This document shows, piece by piece, positions 9,767 through 18,263 of a stretch of 27,704 bases of DNA. Under the pieces are notes generated by a model. It was not told where the DNA came from. It searched no databases and saw only the letters and a program-made list of their open reading frames with translations. The stretch spans positions 1-27,704 of the forward strand of contig JBHIEG010000024.1 of the NCBI GenBank assembly GCA_046760505.1, written 5' to 3'. Position 1 is the first letter of the stretch; every line of letters begins with the position of its first letter. A program made the translations under genes and the position numbers. The stretch is from Candidatus Hydrothermarchaeota archaeon. GTDB taxonomy: Archaea; CAYFZR01.

Positions 9767-10849
9767 TTAGTAATATTCTAAATAATCCTCTACTTTATTT
9801 TTTGCCTGTTCTCTTCTCTCTTTATGTCTGTTTAAAAAGTCTATTATTAAGTTAAATGCTCTGTCTTTACAATCCCCACAAAGAATTGATCCTGCTTTAC
9901 ATTCTTCATAGATCTCTCTCAATCTGTTGTCATCCTCTACCAAATGATAAAGGTATAGCTCATAGATCATGCACTCTTCAGGAATTCCTCCTAATTCTTT
10001 CTGTCTTTGTGTGGTCTCTCTTCCACCTGTTTTTGCCTCCCAGATCTTTTTTATCACTTCTTCTTCGGTGTCAGTAAGAAATATCGCGCTTTTTGGATCG
10101 CTGCTGGACATCTTCTGTCCGGTTAAACCGGTCATGAACCTATGATATGTGGAAGCAGGAGGTATCAACTTTATATCCTTGTATCTAGAAGCAACGTCTC
10201 TTGTCAATCTTATATGAGGATCCTGATCAACTCCTACCGGCACCACAGTGGGCTTTGGACCATCAAGCTGAGGATGAAGGATGTCAGATACTTGTATTAT
10301 AGGAGACCAGAGATGAGAGATGTTTGTTTCTCCTGAAAACCCATAAATAGCCCTCATTTCTGAAAGATTTATCTTCCTCGCGAGAAGAAATGCAAAATCT
10401 TTCATTCTATCGTTCTTTGATTGGAAGTATATTCTGCATTTCTTGGGTTTCAGACCCAAAGCAATGTAGTTAACGACGTATTCCTGTATCGCAATACTCT
10501 CCGCCTCCTTCAAACTTATATTTCTGGTTGCATAGGATTCAAAATCCGCTATTGGGATGCATATCTCTGCTCCTCTCTCTTGATACCATATGATTTGATC
10601 CACTACCATTTTATGCCCGATGTGCATCCTGCCGCTTGGCATCATTCCGGTAAGAACAACGAATTCGCTATTGCTGTTCAATGCATCTAAAATTATCTTA
10701 AAACCCCTTTGACCGAAAACTATTCCTCTCCGCATTAGATGGTGAGGATTCTTTATCTTTTTTTCAAAAGGCTCGAAGGGCTCAATTCCAAAATCATCTC
10801 TCAGCCTTGCGTAGTCGAATACATCGCTGCCCCAAGGATCTATTCGCAA
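9767..10849 (-). CDS. trpS: Tryptophan--tRNA ligase (archaeal type)
   Basis: HIGH motif (MHIGH), PVGVDQDPH, KMSSS and TGGR; TTG start with a GGAGG SD. Confidence 0.95.
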   Translation of the reverse strand: MRIDPWGSDVFDYARLRDDFGIEPFEPFEKKIKNPHHLMRRGIVFGQRGFKIILDALNSNSEFVVLTGMMPSGRMHIGHKMVVDQIIWYQERGAEICIPIADFESYATRNISLKEAESIAIQEYVVNYIALGLKPKKCRIYFQSKNDRMKDFAFLLARKINLSEMRAIYGFSGETNISHLWSPIIQVSDILHPQLDGPKPTVVPVGVDQDPHIRLTRDVASRYKDIKLIPPASTYHRFMTGLTGQKMSSSDPKSAIFLTDTEEEVIKKIWEAKTGGRETTQRQKELGGIPEECMIYELYLYHLVEDDNRLREIYEECKAGSILCGDCKDRAFNLIIDFLNRHKERREQAKNKVEDYLEYY

Positions 10850-10860
10850 TCATATGCCTC

Positions 10861-11379
10861 CTAGGGAGTGATTCTTTCAAACTTATAGTAAGAAATATCT
10901 CCCTCATCATCAACTACTGCTAGGATTAAAAACTTTCGCACTCCATGGGATAGTCTAACCGCGCGAGAAAAATCATGCAAAGGGAGAATCTCTCCTTCAG
11001 ATAGCACATGAACTAGGTATTTTGAGTGTTCTTTGGTTGGATCTGCACCTCTTTCGTATACCCTGAAATGGGATCCAAATTTATATCCTGTCTTCACAAT
11101 ATAGCCTCTTTCCCTGAGATCTTTATAAACCTGATATTTTATTTTTATACTGGTATCTTCTCTGCTTGCTAATTCTATTAACCTTAGAAAGTTTATTTTT
11201 TCTCTTCCTGCTATAATCTCTATCTTTTCGTTCTCCAATAAAAAAAGACCTTCTATTAGAGATAATTCTAAGTTTCCATCCTCTAAAATTTTACCGAAGT
11301 TTCTCTTCTCTAATTTATCTATCATCTTTTTATCAGACTCAATTATCTTGTTTCCCACCAGAGTCGCCATGATTTTCAA
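10861..11379 (-). CDS. endA: tRNA-intron lyase (splicing endonuclease), single-unit alpha4-sized
   Basis: VYKDLRERGY, GYKFGSHFRVY (Tyr), EHSKYLV (His) and HGVRK (Lys) give the catalytic triad; 172 aa. Confidence 0.95.
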   Translation of the reverse strand: MKIMATLVGNKIIESDKKMIDKLEKRNFGKILEDGNLELSLIEGLFLLENEKIEIIAGREKINFLRLIELASREDTSIKIKYQVYKDLRERGYIVKTGYKFGSHFRVYERGADPTKEHSKYLVHVLSEGEILPLHDFSRAVRLSHGVRKFLILAVVDDEGDISYYKFERITP

Positions 11380-11462
11380 ATCCTTGAGGCAATATTTAAC
11401 CTTAGCGCGTCTGAGCTCATGTGGAACGTATAAATAATTGCTCCTATTTTGAAATACCGAGC

Positions 11463-11538
11463 ATTTGATAAATTTGATAATATAGGAATGGTTTATCCTA
11501 TATCAAAAGGCTTTATCTCATAAAATTATCTGATAAAA
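11463..11538. promoter_or_regulatory. Repeat-rich regulatory region between endA and cobA
   Basis: ATTTGATAA x2 (11463-11480), inverted repeat ATATAGGA-N8-TCCTATAT (11480-11503) and TTATCT(C/G)ATAAAA x2 (11513-11538). Confidence 0.5.
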
Positions 11539-11547
11539 GGGAGTCTG

Positions 11548-12270
11548 ATGAAAAGAGGAAAGGTATTCTTGGTGGGGGCAGGACCGGGCGATCCTAAATT
11601 AATCACTATAAGAGCCTTAGAGGTATTAGAAGAGGCAGAGGTTGTTGTGTACGATAGACTTGTACCTGCCGACATTTTAAAACATGCCAAAAAAGCAGAG
11701 TTGATCTATGTGGGAAAATCAAAGGGCTTACATACCATTCCACAGGAAATAATAAATGAAATCTTACTGAAAGAGGCCAGTAAAGGTAAAAAAGTGGTAA
11801 GATTGAAGGGTGGAGATCCATATGTATTTGGAAGGGGAGGAGAGGAGTTAATCTATCTAAGGGAAAGAGGAATTGAAGTGGAATATATTCCCGGTATAAC
11901 ATCTGCCATAGCGGTTCCCGGAGTTTGCGATATCCCCCTAACTCACAGAGGTTTTTCTTCTTCTCTCGCAATAGTAACTGGACACCAAGATCCAACCAAA
12001 GATTCCTCTATAAGATGGGCAGAACTGTCTAGGGCTGTAGACACGCTTGTAATCCTCATGGGAGTTGGAAGAATAGAAAAGATAGTGAATGAGATGAGAA
12101 TGGACGGAGAAACTATGGTAGGTATAATAGAAAAAGGATACTCAAAAGAACAAAGAATAATTACGTGTAAGCTAAAAGATCTGGTGGAGACAGTTAAAAG
12201 AGAAAAAATTAAACCACCCTCAATTTTTGTATTTGGAGATGTGGTAAAGATATATGAGATGGTAAGATGA
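11548..12270 (+). CDS. cobA: Uroporphyrinogen-III C-methyltransferase (SUMT)
   Basis: LVGAGPGDP.LIT, YDRLV, RLKGGDP..FGRGGEE, PGITSA and VTGH. Confidence 0.95.
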   Translation: MKRGKVFLVGAGPGDPKLITIRALEVLEEAEVVVYDRLVPADILKHAKKAELIYVGKSKGLHTIPQEIINEILLKEASKGKKVVRLKGGDPYVFGRGGEELIYLRERGIEVEYIPGITSAIAVPGVCDIPLTHRGFSSSLAIVTGHQDPTKDSSIRWAELSRAVDTLVILMGVGRIEKIVNEMRMDGETMVGIIEKGYSKEQRIITCKLKDLVETVKREKIKPPSIFVFGDVVKIYEMVR

Positions 12271-13013
12271 GGATTGCGATAACCAGACCCAGAGAACAAT
12301 CCTCAGAGACTAAAGTTAAGTTAGAAAGCCTAGGAATGAAACCTGTTTGTTTTCCACTCATCGAAATAGTTCCTGATTTGAAGAATATTCAAAGTTTCAA
12401 GGAAGATTTAAAAAATAGAAGTATTGACATAATTGTTTTCACTAGCATCAATGGTGCGAGAGTCGTGCTTGAGGAGATGAATGAAGAGGAAATTAGAAGG
12501 TTGAGGAACATAGAAATATTTTCAATAGGGCCTAAAACTAGGGATTTTTTGTTAAATTATAAAATTTTCTCAAAAATTCCGGAAGAATACACGAGTAAAG
12601 CGCTCGCAGATATGTTAGATGTAAGAGGAAAGGATATTTATCTGCTAAGAACATCATCCGGATCCAGACTCCTGTACAATACCTTGATTCGAAAAGGAGC
12701 TAACGTACACGACGTACATGTATATCACTCGAGAATGCCTCACATAGATAGAATAAAGCCTCTAATAGGGGAAATAATTAATAAAAATTTGGATGCAATC
12801 TTATTCACAAGTTCTCTTGCCGTAGAACACCTTTTCAAATCTGCCAGAGAATTAGGTGTTTTGGAAGAAGTGTTAGCAGGGTTAAGAGATATGAAAGTGG
12901 TGGTTATAGGTCCTGTTACCGCCAGAATTCTAAGTGACTTTGGCATCTCTCCCTTGATACCAGAGGAGTATACCGTAGACGCAATGATAGACGTAATTAT
13001 GGATAAAACTTAA
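12267..13013 (+). CDS. hemD: Uroporphyrinogen-III synthase
   Basis: ITRP, FTSING, IGPKT, FTSS and IGPVTA; ATGA overlap with cobA. Confidence 0.92.
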   Translation: MRIAITRPREQSSETKVKLESLGMKPVCFPLIEIVPDLKNIQSFKEDLKNRSIDIIVFTSINGARVVLEEMNEEEIRRLRNIEIFSIGPKTRDFLLNYKIFSKIPEEYTSKALADMLDVRGKDIYLLRTSSGSRLLYNTLIRKGANVHDVHVYHSRMPHIDRIKPLIGEIINKNLDAILFTSSLAVEHLFKSARELGVLEEVLAGLRDMKVVVIGPVTARILSDFGISPLIPEEYTVDAMIDVIMDKT

Positions 13014-13234
13014 TTTTTTGTTTAATCTTAAATGAATACATTTCTTATACAGGTCTTCTACAAGTGGTGTTGCAAGCCATGCTATAAATGCAAATCAATT
13101 TATAGAATGGAATTTATCTAGTATATTAAGCCTATATATTAAATAAATTAAAATTAATTATAGAGATGGAATGAATTAATTAAATTATATGAAAATATAT
13201 TAAAGGTTAAGAGAGTTTAAGTTTGGTGTTGGAA

Positions 13235-13510
13235 ATGAAATACAGAAAGAGGCCGATGCAAGGCTCAAAATGGAAGGCAGTGGTAGACATAGTGGATGAC
13301 TTTCAGATTCAGGATTTTCCAAAGATGAGTTTCAGGGTAGGAGTACTGTATGATGAAAAAGAGGAACCATGGATAGCAGTAGGATTCTTCCATGGTAGGA
13401 CTTATAGATACGCTGCAATGGATGCTGAAACAGCAAAGAAACTAAGGGGATTTATCAAGGAGGCAATTGAGGTTGCAGAAGGGGAGGCAGAAGTAGTTGA
13501 AGAGGAGTGA
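13235..13510 (+). CDS. Hypothetical protein (beta-strands plus a C-terminal helix and acidic tail)
   Basis: GGTG SD 6 nt before ATG 13235 and a TATA-like TATATTAAA upstream; no family recognised. Confidence 0.7.
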   Translation: MKYRKRPMQGSKWKAVVDIVDDFQIQDFPKMSFRVGVLYDEKEEPWIAVGFFHGRTYRYAAMDAETAKKLRGFIKEAIEVAEGEAEVVEEE

Positions 13511-13844
13511 CATAACCAGCCTACCCACCTACCGGTGCCTTATATGCGCGCATGAATTGGGCTCAGGAAAGGTAAATTTTGATGAGATCCACTGGGACAT
13601 ACTTGTGGAGCTTACTGAGGAAAGGATGGTTTTCTGTGAGGCGCATCTTGAGCAGTACCTCAGATGGTTTAAAGGATACGTCGAAATTTTGAGGGATGAT
13701 CAGAAGAAGAGAGCAGAGTTACTGAAGGTATTTAAGGAAGAAGTTCCTCTGCTTAGAAAAGTTATACTAGAAAGGATCCAATACAACGATAAACTCTTGA
13801 GAGGGCTTGATGATTTAGACAATGATATCAGAAGACATATCTGA
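13497..13844 (+). CDS. Hypothetical protein with a CxxC...CxxH putative Zn site and a C-terminal coiled coil
   Basis: CLIC and CEAH motifs, GGAGG upstream of the TTG, overlap with the previous stop, and a stop 3 nt before the GH15 gene. Confidence 0.7.
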   Translation: MKRSDITSLPTYRCLICAHELGSGKVNFDEIHWDILVELTEERMVFCEAHLEQYLRWFKGYVEILRDDQKKRAELLKVFKEEVPLLRKVILERIQYNDKLLRGLDDLDNDIRRHI

Positions 13845-13847
13845 AAG

Positions 13848-15650
13848 ATGATAAATCCTGTCCATGCAATATTAGGAAACGGATCCATTCTTGTAACCTA
13901 TGGAAAAAATGCCAAGATAAATCAGATATTCTGGCCAAATATCGATGGTCCTTGGCATGTAAATGATATTCGGTTTGGAATACATTACAAAGATCTGAAC
14001 AGGCTCTCTTGGATATCTGGTCAAAGTTGGGAGCACAATTTTCATTATCTCAACGACACAAATATTCTTAGAATAGAAAGTATAGATAAATCAACAAATC
14101 TTAAAATAACTTCTTTAGATTATGTATTACCAAAAAAAGACGTTTTAATTAAAGAATTTTGTGTAAACGAATATGATGCAGGATGTAACATAAAGAAAGA
14201 TGAATCCATGAATTTGAGTCTAGTGTTATACGAAAATCTTCACGTAAATGAAAATTCAGATGCAAACTGCGTATACTACGAAGGGGAAAATGATATATTA
14301 ATACACTTCAGAAGAAATTATGTTTTCGGTTTCTTTGGTAACAAAAAACCAAAATCACTGAGATGTGGAACGCCGAGAAAGATTTTACGGGATTTAAAAG
14401 ATGGAGACCTTAAAAAAGAAGATATAGCCCTTGGAAATGTTTCATCAGGAGTTATTTGGGATCTCAATTCCAATCTAAGGATTTTTCTTATCGCAGGTAA
14501 TTCAAGGGAGGATATCATAGATCTGAAGAATAGTTTGGATGAAAATGTCTTGAAATCAGTCTCAAATTACTGGAAGAACTGGATAAAAGAAGTTAAGTTT
14601 GAAAAAAATCAATATTATGAAATATATAAAAGATCTTTGCTTATTCTTCGATTACTGTGCGATAATGGGGGCGGTATCATAGCGGCTCCAGAATTCGATA
14701 AAGAATTCCTATATAGTGGAGGATACGGTTTCTCTTGGGGCAGAGATTCTTCTTTTGTTGCAATGGCATTTGATAGAGCAGGATATCATAATATCTCAAG
14801 GAAATACTATGAATTCTGCATGAAGACTCAGGAAAAGGATGGAATCTGGTACCAGAGATATCAATGCGATGGAACTCTTGCCCCTTCATGGGGTCTTGTT
14901 CAGATAGATGAGACTGGGAGCATATTGCACGGCATTTCCTATCATATAACAAGAACTAAAGACAGGAGTTTTGCCAGGAAAATATTTCCATGCATAGAAA
15001 AAGCAGTCTCATATCTAATATCGAACTTAGATGAGGAAACAGGATTACAAAATCCATGTATGGATCTATGGGAACAGGACAATGGAGTTTTTGCATATTC
15101 AAATGCTAGCGTCTATGCAGGTATTTTAAGTGCCTCAAGATTAGCCTCTTTTTTAAACAAAAGCAAGAAATCAAAATCATGGAGAAATCATGCGAATGAG
15201 TTAAAAGACAATACAATAGAGAAATTCTGGCTCGAAAAAGAGAAGAGGTTTGCAAAATCCCTGAAACCTCTTGACAAGAGTTTGGATTCTAGTTTGATCG
15301 GACTCTCGACGCCTAATAGGCTGTTAGATCCTATGGATCCTAGAATCATATCTACAATTCGGCAGATCGAAAAAAATCTTACGAAAAAAGGAGGCATAAT
15401 AAGATTCAGAGGAGATAGGTACTGGGGAGAGAATCCATGGACAGTTACCACGCTTTGGCTTGCGTTATATTACGCTGAGGTAAAAAACCGGGTAAAGGCA
15501 TTAAGTTACATAAACTGGTGCCTAAGGTACAAAAACGAGTTAGGCTTAATCCCTGAGCAATTGGACGCTATTAGTTTAAAACCTGTCTCAGCGATTCCAT
15601 TGGGATGGGCTCATGCATTACTGATTTTAGCATTAGATGAGTTGTTTTGA
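13848..15650 (+). CDS. Glycoside hydrolase family 15 (glucoamylase/trehalase-like), cytoplasmic
   Basis: IIAAP, YGFSWGRD, QIDETG, DLWEQ (general acid), IPEQ (general base) and PLGWAHA; no signal peptide. Confidence 0.9.
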   Translation: MINPVHAILGNGSILVTYGKNAKINQIFWPNIDGPWHVNDIRFGIHYKDLNRLSWISGQSWEHNFHYLNDTNILRIESIDKSTNLKITSLDYVLPKKDVLIKEFCVNEYDAGCNIKKDESMNLSLVLYENLHVNENSDANCVYYEGENDILIHFRRNYVFGFFGNKKPKSLRCGTPRKILRDLKDGDLKKEDIALGNVSSGVIWDLNSNLRIFLIAGNSREDIIDLKNSLDENVLKSVSNYWKNWIKEVKFEKNQYYEIYKRSLLILRLLCDNGGGIIAAPEFDKEFLYSGGYGFSWGRDSSFVAMAFDRAGYHNISRKYYEFCMKTQEKDGIWYQRYQCDGTLAPSWGLVQIDETGSILHGISYHITRTKDRSFARKIFPCIEKAVSYLISNLDEETGLQNPCMDLWEQDNGVFAYSNASVYAGILSASRLASFLNKSKKSKSWRNHANELKDNTIEKFWLEKEKRFAKSLKPLDKSLDSSLIGLSTPNRLLDPMDPRIISTIRQIEKNLTKKGGIIRFRGDRYWGENPWTVTTLWLALYYAEVKNRVKALSYINWCLRYKNELGLIPEQLDAISLKPVSAIPLGWAHALLILALDELF

Positions 15651-15773
15651 TTCGCGTTTTTTAAAATTACGCACGAATTTATATTTTTGTTGATGATATT
15701 AAAGAGTATATGTTGATTGAATAAAATAGGTTTAAAATAAATTGGAGAATAAATTAAATCGAAGAGATCAGAT

Positions 15774-16691
15774 ATGATGAAAAAAGATATCTTTAGTTTA
15801 ATCGTATTGTTCTTATTCATCCCTGTATTAGGCAGTTACCATTTAGAAGACTATAATGTGAAGGTAGATTTGCAAGACGGAGTCTCTTATCAAGTAATTG
15901 AGATGCTAATTGTAAATGACGGTGGAGATTCTATAGAACAAATTTCTTTTGAATTCCCTGCAGACGTATACGGGGTCAGAGGTGAATCTTCACTGGGGAG
16001 AATTCCTGTTTTGATAAAAAAGAGCGAAGGAAAAACAAAGTTATCCTTCCAATTTAAAAAACCCATAGAAGAAAAAGATTTTTTCAGATTAGAATTCAAG
16101 ACGAGAGACTTTGTTGGGAAATTGGGGGAAAGAAGAATCTTCTTTTCAACTTTCTCCTCCGAGGCTCCGGTTAAGAACTTCACGCTGAGGATTTATCTTC
16201 CACCCTCCATGGGTCTTGTAGCCGGAGAAAGGTCCTTGCCAGAACCATCATATATATTCTCTGATGGAAGAAGAATCATCCTCGAATGGCATAAAGAAGA
16301 GTTGAATCCAGAGAATCCTTTAACCGTCTCTTTACTTTACGAGAATACTGGAATTCCTGTAGTAATTGAGAAAAAGAAAAACGAATACTTTTTAATTTCA
16401 ATATTATCCTTTTTACTAGGCGTTGTTTTCTCTATTTTCGCTTATAAAGGAATCGAAAAGAGAAAAAAGACTAAATTAACATTAAATTTACTAAATGATG
16501 GTGAAAGAGAAATAATTCAAAAATTAATAGCATCTGGCGGAAGTTTAACTCAAGATGAGATTACTAAACAAACTCAATTCTCAAAAGCCAAGGTGAGCAT
16601 ACATTTAGCAAACCTAGAGAAGCGCGGGTTAATAGAAAAAACTCCACATGGAAGGACAAACCTTATAGTATTGAAAAAAGATCGTTTTTAA
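15774..16691 (+). CDS. Membrane-anchored winged-helix protein (COG2512-like: signal, extracellular beta domain, TM helix, C-terminal wHTH)
   Basis: Hydrophobic N-terminus, beta-rich middle (VYGV, LRIYLPP), TM helix YFLISILSFLLGVVFSIFAY, then L...ERE II..L...GG.LTQ.EI......SKAKVS..L..LE.RGLIEK...GRTN. Confidence 0.85.
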   Translation: MMKKDIFSLIVLFLFIPVLGSYHLEDYNVKVDLQDGVSYQVIEMLIVNDGGDSIEQISFEFPADVYGVRGESSLGRIPVLIKKSEGKTKLSFQFKKPIEEKDFFRLEFKTRDFVGKLGERRIFFSTFSSEAPVKNFTLRIYLPPSMGLVAGERSLPEPSYIFSDGRRIILEWHKEELNPENPLTVSLLYENTGIPVVIEKKKNEYFLISILSFLLGVVFSIFAYKGIEKRKKTKLTLNLLNDGEREIIQKLIASGGSLTQDEITKQTQFSKAKVSIHLANLEKRGLIEKTPHGRTNLIVLKKDRF

Positions 16692-16774
16692 ACAGAGATA
16701 AACAGTCTCCATTTATTTTGAACATTTTATCCTATTGTTCCTAGAATCTCAATTCTCAGACTAAACCGTTAACT

Positions 16775-16790
16775 AAAAAAGTTATATATA
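16775..16790 (+). promoter_or_regulatory. BRE/TATA promoter of the secreted repeat protein
   Basis: AAAAAAG-TTATATATA about 50 nt upstream of the ATG; a perfect GGAGGTGA SD precedes ATG 16840. Confidence 0.6.
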
Positions 16791-16839
16791 GCTTTAATTT
16801 CAAAATGAAGAGTAATAAGAAGAGATTGGAGGTGAAGAG

Positions 16840-17973
16840 ATGGAAAAACTGATCATCGTGCTTGTGACATTCATCATGCTACTATCTCCGATGGCAGTAA
16901 TTGCTGAAAACCAAACACAAGGCGATACTGAAAACATGGATCAACTTACGCTAGAAGATCTGGATGCAATGAGTGAAGAAGAAGTCGTAGATATGTACCT
17001 CAACGGAGAGTTAGAGGAAGATTTATTCATAAAGTATTTAGAAACACACGAACTTTCTCAGGAATCTCTGAAGAGACTTACAGAATCCGGATCCCTTCCT
17101 GAGGATGTGGTAACCGCAATGCTTGAGAATCAGAAGTTCATTCCTGGATTTTGGCACAGGCTTCTAGGACATAATCCAGTCTTAGAGGAGTTAATGGAAA
17201 CATATCAGCTGAATGACGATCAGATAAGGTATCTAGTCCAGCAGCCCCACCTACCTCCGGCTACGGTGAAAAAAATATTTGAGACTCAGAAACTGAACGA
17301 AAATCAGATAATAACAATATTGGATAACGTGGACATGAGACCTGGCATAATAGATCAAATTCTCCGAAGAAACCCATATATAGAGACGCTAGCACAAAAT
17401 CAGGTTCTTACCGAGGCAGTTATAGATAAACTTATCAATGAAGAAAAAATGCCTCCTGGAACCGTGAAAAAACTCATTGAAACCCAACATCTAACAGAGA
17501 ATAACATACAGAACTTGTTGAGTAATGACAATATAAAGTTGAATCCTGATGCGGTAGAAAAATTAGTGACAAAACAAGATCTTTCGGAGGATAACATAAA
17601 TACATTACTAAACAGTGAGAAGATAAAGATGAATCCGCACACAATAGAACTTCTCGTGGAGAATCACGAGCTTACAGACGATCAAAAGAAGGCAATAAGT
17701 GAGAAATTGACAAAGGGACAGTTAAAGAAACTCGGAGAGAAACTAACCATACAGGAGACAGGCGAGACCGGTGAGGAAGCAGGTGAGGAAGTAACTGTCG
17801 AGTCCGCTGAGGAGGTTACTAAAGGCAAGGGTAAAGGTAAAGGAAAAGGAAAGGGCGCTGAAGTAACAACCGAGACTGAAAGTCCAGAAGAAGGAACTGG
17901 GGAAGAAGTGACCAAAGGAAAAGCTAAAGGCAAGGAAAAAGGAAGAAATAACAGCAAAAGTCGCAAAAAATAA
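16840..17973 (+). CDS. Secreted protein with 14-aa helical repeats and a Glu-rich/Gly-Lys tail
   Basis: Signal peptide MEKLIIVLVTFIMLLSPMAVIA, a strong SD, visible internal repeats and a low-complexity C-terminus. Confidence 0.85.
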   Translation: MEKLIIVLVTFIMLLSPMAVIAENQTQGDTENMDQLTLEDLDAMSEEEVVDMYLNGELEEDLFIKYLETHELSQESLKRLTESGSLPEDVVTAMLENQKFIPGFWHRLLGHNPVLEELMETYQLNDDQIRYLVQQPHLPPATVKKIFETQKLNENQIITILDNVDMRPGIIDQILRRNPYIETLAQNQVLTEAVIDKLINEEKMPPGTVKKLIETQHLTENNIQNLLSNDNIKLNPDAVEKLVTKQDLSEDNINTLLNSEKIKMNPHTIELLVENHELTDDQKKAISEKLTKGQLKKLGEKLTIQETGETGEEAGEEVTVESAEEVTKGKGKGKGKGKGAEVTTETESPEEGTGEEVTKGKAKGKEKGRNNSKSRKK

Positions 17974-17990
17974 CCTCTTTAATTTATTTT

Positions 17991-18242
17991 ATGGAGATTT
18001 ATTTTACAGAAAGTATTACAGGAGGAATGCGATTGTTTAACCCGCTAAAACGTTTGTTTAATAATAATGATAAAGGTTCTGAAAACATTGATCACTGGGT
18101 TAAAGAGGTCTGGAACGCTTATACGGTCGTCCAAAGAAGATTTGCACTTGGTGAAATAAGCGAAGAAGATTACAACGAATCTTTGGAAAAGATTTATTCA
18201 GAACTGGAAAAGATAGAGAAGATTGTGAATAAAAAATATTAG
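17991..18242 (+). CDS. Small SHOCT-domain-like protein (start uncertain; ATG 18027 possible)
   Basis: RRFALGEISEEDYNE matches the SHOCT core R.A.GEIS.E.Y. Confidence 0.6.
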   Translation: MEIYFTESITGGMRLFNPLKRLFNNNDKGSENIDHWVKEVWNAYTVVQRRFALGEISEEDYNESLEKIYSELEKIEKIVNKKY

Positions 18243-18263
18243 TTTATGGTTTTCTTACACCTC

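Noticed and set aside
10861-11547. tRNA gene or intron near endA/trpS
   Set aside because: No cloverleaf, T-loop (GTTCRA) context or bulge-helix-bulge motif seen in the intergenic DNA.
13014-13222. Very AT-rich intergenic stretch as a replication origin
   Set aside because: No ORB-like motif or G-string and no cdc6/orc1 nearby; a terminator plus promoter explains it.
15649-15680. Imperfect hairpin ATTCGCGT...ACGCACGAAT after the GH15 gene
   Set aside because: Weak and bulged; the T-tract alone suffices as an archaeal terminator.
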